Assembly: GCA_947630955.1 (NCBI GenBank)
Contig: CANRJK010000001.1
Coordinates: 1-40,339 of the forward strand
Source: an uncultured Bacilli bacterium
GTDB taxonomy: Bacteria > Bacillota_I > Bacilli_A > RF39 > UBA660
Reading direction: 5' to 3'
DNA length: 40,339 nt
Position 1 is the first letter of the stretch. Every line of letters begins with the position of its first letter. Below the pieces are notes generated by a model. The model ran no database searches. It was not told the DNA's origin and saw nothing but the letters and a program-made list of their open reading frames with translations. A program made the position numbers and the translations under genes. Shown here one piece after another: positions 35,852 through 40,339 of this stretch.

Positions 35852-36379
35852 ATGAAAAAAATATTAATATTACTTATTAGCTTTTTGTTGGTTGGTTGTA
35901 GTTTAAATAAGCAAGAACATGAAGATTATAAAGAAATTAATAATATAAATGAAACTTTGGAAGCTTCAAAAGATATGCAAAATTCTATTGATCAACTAAG
36001 TCAAACAGGGGATAGTAAACAATTAACTCTTTACCTTTTTTATAGTTCTAGTTGTATGCATTGTCATAATGAAATTGAATGGCTAGATAGTATTAAAGAT
36101 AAATATAAAAATTTAACGATTATAAAATATGAAGCCAGTGAAAATTTTGCTTTCTATGAAGAAGTAGTTGAAAAAATGAAAATCAATGATTATCATGTGC
36201 CTTTAACTATTGTTGGTAATGATTATCTGATTGGTTATGCTGATTCAAAATCTGATGACATTTTATCTTTAATTGATCGTTATTCAAAATTTGAAAGTTG
36301 CGATGTGGTTAAAACGATTCAAAATCATGGTGATTTAGCAAAATGTCAAGAAAAAAATAAGGGTGGTACAAATGATTGA
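35852..36379 (+). CDS. thioredoxin-fold lipoprotein (CxxC)
   Basis: Lipobox LLVGCS and CMHCHNEIEW redox motif, followed by a glutaredoxin/thioredoxin-like layout (PLTIVGNDYLIGY). Confidence 0.65.
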   Translation: MKKILILLISFLLVGCSLNKQEHEDYKEINNINETLEASKDMQNSIDQLSQTGDSKQLTLYLFYSSSCMHCHNEIEWLDSIKDKYKNLTIIKYEASENFAFYEEVVEKMKINDYHVPLTIVGNDYLIGYADSKSDDILSLIDRYSKFESCDVVKTIQNHGDLAKCQEKNKGGTND

Positions 36380-37982
36380 AAAATATATGTTAGAATGTAG
36401 AAAAATTCAAAATTTATTACCTAAGGAAATGGCTAGATTTTTACTGACTAATAACTTAGGTATGGATGAAGAAGTTTATGTTTATTTAAAACAAATGATT
36501 TTGAGTCAATTACATTTAGATGAACATATGCAATATATAATTGATTGTTATTTTCAAGTTGATACGATGTGTGGAGATTTATTTTATGTCAGTGAAGATG
36601 GCACGGTAACAAAAGTACCACACGAGCAAGCAAGAAAATCATGTCATAACTTTCTTTTTGATATGATGAGAGATATAGCTAAATTAGATTTTAGAAAATT
36701 CGATGATGTTTTAAATTTTGCTATTGAATATTCACAGATAAACTTAGAATATTCTGAAGAAGATAAAGAGTTTTTACAACAACACCCTGTACCATCATCT
36801 TTAAAATCTGAACTAGAAAGTTATACTTCTCGTGTTATTTTTAACTGGCGTAATTTTAGTAAAAGTCTAAAAGAAAAAGAAATGGCAACTAAAGATTTAG
36901 AAAAACACCAACTTATCTTAAAAAATATTGAGGATGAGTTAAAAGGTACAAATCAATCAGTGGTTGGAAAAATAAAAAATTACTTATTAGATCAAGAAAA
37001 TCGTCAAAAATTAAGAAAAGCTCAAGAACAAGAACAGGCACAAATTAATGGATTGCTTTTAAAAATTGATACTTTAAATCAACAATTTAGTAAATCAGTA
37101 GAAGAATATTTAAGTCCTGATGAAGTTAGACATGATTTAAATGAGAAATTAAATCTCTGCTTTCATCTTTCAACTAGTAAGTTGAATAGAAAACGTATAT
37201 TGGAATTAGAGCAAATATTGACAAGTGATATCGATTTAAAAAAGGACTTTGAACTTTTAACTTTAAGATTAAGAGATGCTGTTGACTCCATTAAAAGGAA
37301 TAGTTTCTTCCTTATAAGATGTAATGAATTATTTTCTGACATTTACTTTCAAACAAAATTAAATGCTAATCTTTTTAGTGAGGACAACTTACAAAGCCCT
37401 GACTTATTAACTTTAATTTACAATATTAGACAGCAAATGGTTAATAGTAGTGCCTTATTTAATCATAATATTGAAGTAGATTACCGAAGAAAACCGATAA
37501 AAGGTAGTAAATATATTAAGGGAGCTAATTTAGATTATAATCAAATAGCTGAGCAAATGAAGATATTAAATAAACAATTTGCAAAAGCTAAGAAAGCAAA
37601 AGATAATGTAGTTTATATCAGAAAATGTGCAGATATTTTTCAGAAATTTTTAATGATTCATCCTTTTGCTGATGGAAATGGTAGGACTTCAAGAATGATG
37701 TTAACAGTAATGTTAGCTCAAAAAGGTATCTTTATTCCTAGCGTTTATAGTAGTTATATTGAAAGAGATAAAGATTCTATGTTTATGGTTATTGGCGATG
37801 AAGTAGCTGCTAGTGGAAATTTCAAATTATTTCAAGATTATCTTTTAAATCGTGTTTCAATATATAATCCTGGTTTAATTGATGGAGATTATTCTTATAT
37901 AACTCAGGCTTATAAAGAGCTTTTAACTAAAAAATATACTACTTCGCTAGAGGATAATTTACCTAATGTAGTTAAAAAATAG
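36372..37982 (+). CDS. Fic-domain protein with about 400-aa unknown N-terminal region
   Basis: Canonical Fic motif HPFADGNGRTSR at 37669-37704. ATG 36372 overlaps the upstream stop (ATGATTGA), behind AAGGGTGG. Confidence 0.85.
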   Translation: MIEKYMLECRKIQNLLPKEMARFLLTNNLGMDEEVYVYLKQMILSQLHLDEHMQYIIDCYFQVDTMCGDLFYVSEDGTVTKVPHEQARKSCHNFLFDMMRDIAKLDFRKFDDVLNFAIEYSQINLEYSEEDKEFLQQHPVPSSLKSELESYTSRVIFNWRNFSKSLKEKEMATKDLEKHQLILKNIEDELKGTNQSVVGKIKNYLLDQENRQKLRKAQEQEQAQINGLLLKIDTLNQQFSKSVEEYLSPDEVRHDLNEKLNLCFHLSTSKLNRKRILELEQILTSDIDLKKDFELLTLRLRDAVDSIKRNSFFLIRCNELFSDIYFQTKLNANLFSEDNLQSPDLLTLIYNIRQQMVNSSALFNHNIEVDYRRKPIKGSKYIKGANLDYNQIAEQMKILNKQFAKAKKAKDNVVYIRKCADIFQKFLMIHPFADGNGRTSRMMLTVMLAQKGIFIPSVYSSYIERDKDSMFMVIGDEVAASGNFKLFQDYLLNRVSIYNPGLIDGDYSYITQAYKELLTKKYTTSLEDNLPNVVKK

Positions 37983-38037
37983 ATAAACTAGAACTCAAAG
38001 TATATTTTTAACTTTTTGAAAAAAACTAAAAATAGTA

Positions 38038-38066
38038 TTGTCAAAAACAAGCAGATGTGATATATT
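38038..38066 (+). promoter_or_regulatory. sigma-A promoter for tRNA-Met
   Basis: TTGTCA (38038-43), 17-nt spacer, TGaTATATT (-10 at 38061-66), about 16 nt before the tRNA 5' end. Confidence 0.65.
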
Positions 38067-38082
38067 TATATTGCTTGCTTAT

Positions 38083-38159
38083 GGCGACGTAGCTCAGTTG
38101 GCTAGAGCACATGGTTCATACCCATGGTGTCGAGAGTTCGAATCTCCCCGTCGCTACCA
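38083..38159 (+). tRNA. tRNA-Met (anticodon CAT), elongator-like, encoded CCA
   Basis: Cloverleaf readable by eye: acceptor GGCGACG/CGTCGCT, D-arm AGCTCAGTTGGCTAGAGC, anticodon arm CATGG-TTCATAC-CCATG, T-arm GAGAGTTCGAATCTCCC. No initiator GGG/CCC anticodon stem. tRNA-Ile2 (lysidine) cannot be excluded from sequence alone. Confidence 0.9.
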
Positions 38160-38202
38160 AGAGGAATTCTGCTCGAGCTTTTATTGTTTGAGTTTGATAA
38201 AT

Positions 38203-38232
38203 AACTAATTCAGAAATGGATTAGTTTTTTTG
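38203..38232 (+). terminator. rho-independent terminator after the tRNA
   Basis: AACTAAT / ATTAGTT stem followed by T7. Confidence 0.7.
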
Positions 38233-38268
38233 TGTTATTAAAAACTATTCGAAAGAAAGGAGGGCATT

Positions 38269-38932
38269 ATGGTAAATATTATTAAAGAAGAATTACCTAT
38301 TGAAGAATCATTAAGAAAGAAATTAGAACTAATATGTGAGTTTGCAAAAACTACATTTAAAATCATTAATGTTAATATAAGAAAAATAGATAGAACTAAT
38401 TTAACTTATATTGAGCTTAATAGAATTATCATCAAGAAAATTTTCTTAGTATTCAATTATTCTAACGAGGTCTTTATTGGAAATTTATCTAATAAGATTA
38501 AATTATATGAATTTGAAGATTATTTAAAGAATACCTAACACTATTATTAATGTTTATGAACAGTTAAAAGATAAAAATAACAAAATTAAAACTCTTACTA
38601 AAAATAATGAAGCACTTAATTTAAGAGTTAGAACTTTAAATGATACGATTAAAGAAAAGGATAATGAAATATCATTTTTAAAATTTAAAATACAAGATTT
38701 AAAAAATACACTAGATTATTGGAAAGATAAGTTTGAAAAGTTAATATCTTTCTTACATGATAAACTTCATAGTTGGTATGGTAAAGATGATAAATATATT
38801 GATGTTGTTAATGATATGTATGATGATAATGTTTTAGATGATGATGACATTAGAGGATTAGATTTAAGCAAAAAAAAGATGACTTTGAAAGATAAATTCT
38901 CATTGCCATCTTTTATATTAATTCAATTCTAA
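38269..38932 (+). pseudogene. probable frameshifted gene: 89-aa ORF (38269-38538) plus a start-less coiled-coil frame (38528-38932)
   Basis: Frame 2 is open from 38528 with no ATG until near its end, and it overlaps the stop of the frame-1 ORF by 11 nt. It encodes YEQLKDKNNKIKTL...LDYWKDKFEKLISFLHDKL. An A8 run (38870-77) lies near the 3' end. Confidence 0.4.
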
Positions 38933-39254
38933 TTCCTAAAACACCATATTGTTCTTGTTTTTCTTTAGTATAGAATTGCTCAAGAACGCCAATTAATTCT
39001 TCTTTAGTCATGGACTTATCAGATAAAACAGAAATATCGAAATCCTTAAACATATCTTCAAAAGAATTATATCTTAATAATCCAATAACCTTAGCATTAA
39101 ATGATTCATTCAATTCAGGCTCTTTTAAAAATTTAATTGTATCTCCAATCTTAATTTGCTGTCTTTTTTCATCAAAAAGTCTTATTTCAATTCTTTTAGT
39201 ACCATTAAGTATAAAATTATAATACTCAGGTTGTAATTTCATTTCGTGTTCCAT
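38913..39254 (-). CDS. ASCH-domain protein (113 aa)
   Basis: MKLQPEYYNFILNGTKRIEIRLFDEKRQQIKIGDTIKF matches the ASCH N-terminal beta-barrel pattern. Confidence 0.65.
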   Translation of the reverse strand: MEHEMKLQPEYYNFILNGTKRIEIRLFDEKRQQIKIGDTIKFLKEPELNESFNAKVIGLLRYNSFEDMFKDFDISVLSDKSMTKEELIGVLEQFYTKEKQEQYGVLGIRIELI

Positions 39255-39255
39255 A

Positions 39256-39795
39256 TTATTTTTTTCCTTTCATTCTAGCTTTTTGCAATATCATTTGTTT
39301 TGTTTTGCTAGGATTGTCACATAAGTTTCCATCTAAACTAAATGCTTCATCCCATTCTCTAATAACTTCATATAATGGATCATTATCATAAATAAATTTA
39401 ATGTATTGTGACATACCAGCTTTTTTTGAAATACTTATCATATCTCTTAATGATAAATATTCTTCAAATTCAGTAACATCATACAAATGTAAAGCATAGC
39501 AATTCGGATTATTTTTTCCATAATATTCAATTATTTCATGACCATCTTGTCTCTTATCATATCCTGTAGCACGTAAAATCTCATCTGTGTTACCATTTAA
39601 AATATCGCTTACTTTAAAATATCCAATAATTGCTTTATCTTCTTTGGCAGAATATACATAAATTTTTTTGTTAAGTAATTCATCTCTCAATGGTGATTTT
39701 CTAAATTCATAAAGTTTAGTTTCATCGAATATTTGTCTAGCATAATATGTCATTATTGAAATAATAGCAATTCTATTTCTACGATTTTTATCCAT
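39256..39795 (-). CDS. ASCH/PUA-like domain protein (179 aa)
   Basis: IISIMTYYARQIFDETKLYEFRKSPL...IYVYSAKEDKAIIGYFKV resembles ASCH-type regulators. Its stop lies 1 nt before the next gene. Confidence 0.45.
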   Translation of the reverse strand: MDKNRRNRIAIISIMTYYARQIFDETKLYEFRKSPLRDELLNKKIYVYSAKEDKAIIGYFKVSDILNGNTDEILRATGYDKRQDGHEIIEYYGKNNPNCYALHLYDVTEFEEYLSLRDMISISKKAGMSQYIKFIYDNDPLYEVIREWDEAFSLDGNLCDNPSKTKQMILQKARMKGKK

Positions 39796-39829
39796 TTAAT
39801 CCCTTCCTGCGTAAGTATTATATCATAAA

Positions 39830-39858
39830 TTGACAAATATGGCAAAAATTGGTATCAT
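39830..39858 (+). promoter_or_regulatory. sigma-A promoter for the GNAT gene
   Basis: TTGACA (39830-35), 17-nt spacer, TGgTATCAT (-10 at 39853-58). Confidence 0.65.
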
Positions 39859-39889
39859 AAACAACAAATTTTGAGGGGGAAAAGCTAAT

Positions 39890-40339
39890 ATGATAAATAT
39901 TGAAAGTTTAAAAAAATATGTAGGAATTATTCAAGAAGAAGAAATTATGGAACTTGCTACAAAAATTTATATGATAACAGATTTTATTTGTGATGATTAC
40001 CCAAAACATAAAGAATGGTATTTTACTAAACAATTACCAGCAACTATAAATGGTGATGAACGAAATATATTATTTGTTAGAAATCCTGAAAATGATAATG
40101 AAATAATTTCCATGGCTTGTTTAAAAAGAGACGAGGAAGAACAAAAAATATGTACACTATATGTTTCTGATAAATGTAGAGGTTTAGGAATAGGTAAAGC
40201 AATTGTTGAAGAATCAATGAGATGGTTAGGCACTACTAAACCACTTATAACATTCTCTGACTATAAATTAGAAATGTTTAAACCAATTATTAATAAATAT
40301 GGTTGGGAATTAACAGAAGTAGTTTCAGGATTATATAAC
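39890..40339 (+). CDS. GNAT-family N-acetyltransferase, 3' end outside the window
   Basis: ATG 39890 behind GAGGGGGA. The frame is open for 150 codons to the window edge. Acetyl-CoA loop RGLGIGKAIVEE. Not in the ORF track because no stop is reached. Confidence 0.7.
   Translation, partial: MINIESLKKYVGIIQEEEIMELATKIYMITDFICDDYPKHKEWYFTKQLPATINGDERNILFVRNPENDNEIISMACLKRDEEEQKICTLYVSDKCRGLGIGKAIVEESMRWLGTTKPLITFSDYKLEMFKPIINKYGWELTEVVSGLYN

Noticed and set aside
39997-40233. 78-aa minus-strand ORF
   Set aside because: It is antisense to the GNAT gene, which has an SD, a consensus promoter and an acetyl-CoA-binding loop.
38160-40339. Direct repeat of the tRNA-Met 3' end (att site) or an integrase delimiting an island
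   Set aside because: No copy of the tRNA 3' segment (TCGAATCTCCCCGTCGCTACCA or a substantial part of it) and no recombinase ORF was seen before the window ends. An island boundary cannot be claimed.

Overview
AT-rich chromosomal window from an endospore-forming low-GC Firmicute. The lineage call is an inference from CotE, an alpha/beta SASP and YunB, plus Bacillus-like gene sets such as yceD-rpmF, ezrA, thiI, miaB, rpsP-KH, cdsA-rseP and addBA. Most of the window is housekeeping: translation (rpmF, rpsD, rpsP, tyrS, one tRNA-Met), tRNA modification (tmcAL, thiI, miaB), division and envelope (ezrA, NlpC/P60, LysM-GH25, cdsA, rseP, dgkA), recombination (addBA) and sporulation (yunB, ssp, cotE). 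I saw no rRNA, CRISPR array, transposase, integrase or reverse transcriptase. The most unusual locus is 9.5-11.7 kb. It holds a signal-anchored surface protein built from two ~0.9 kb tandem units, broken by a 1-nt frameshift. Each unit ends in an 84-nt GC-rich, adenine-poor, NNC-codon-rich hypervariable patch, followed by a conserved GC-rich 15-mer. This looks like a diversity-generating-retroelement variable region plus IMH, but no template repeat or RT lies in this window. The only good promoter for that gene sits on a 144-bp segment bracketed by 19-bp inverted repeats, an inverton-like arrangement. Other items worth a second look:
- a Tyr T-box leader that controls deoC-tyrS and has an ambiguous OFF structure;
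- a long structured rpsD leader behind a perfect sigma-A promoter;
- a translationally coupled dgkA / thioredoxin-like lipoprotein / Fic operon;
- a block of four monocistronic orphan genes between addA and dgkA, one with 44-aa acidic repeats and one with a poly-A frameshift;
- a tRNA-Met gene followed by a decayed ORF, two ASCH-domain genes and a GNAT gene.
All product calls rest on motif recognition by eye, not on database searches.
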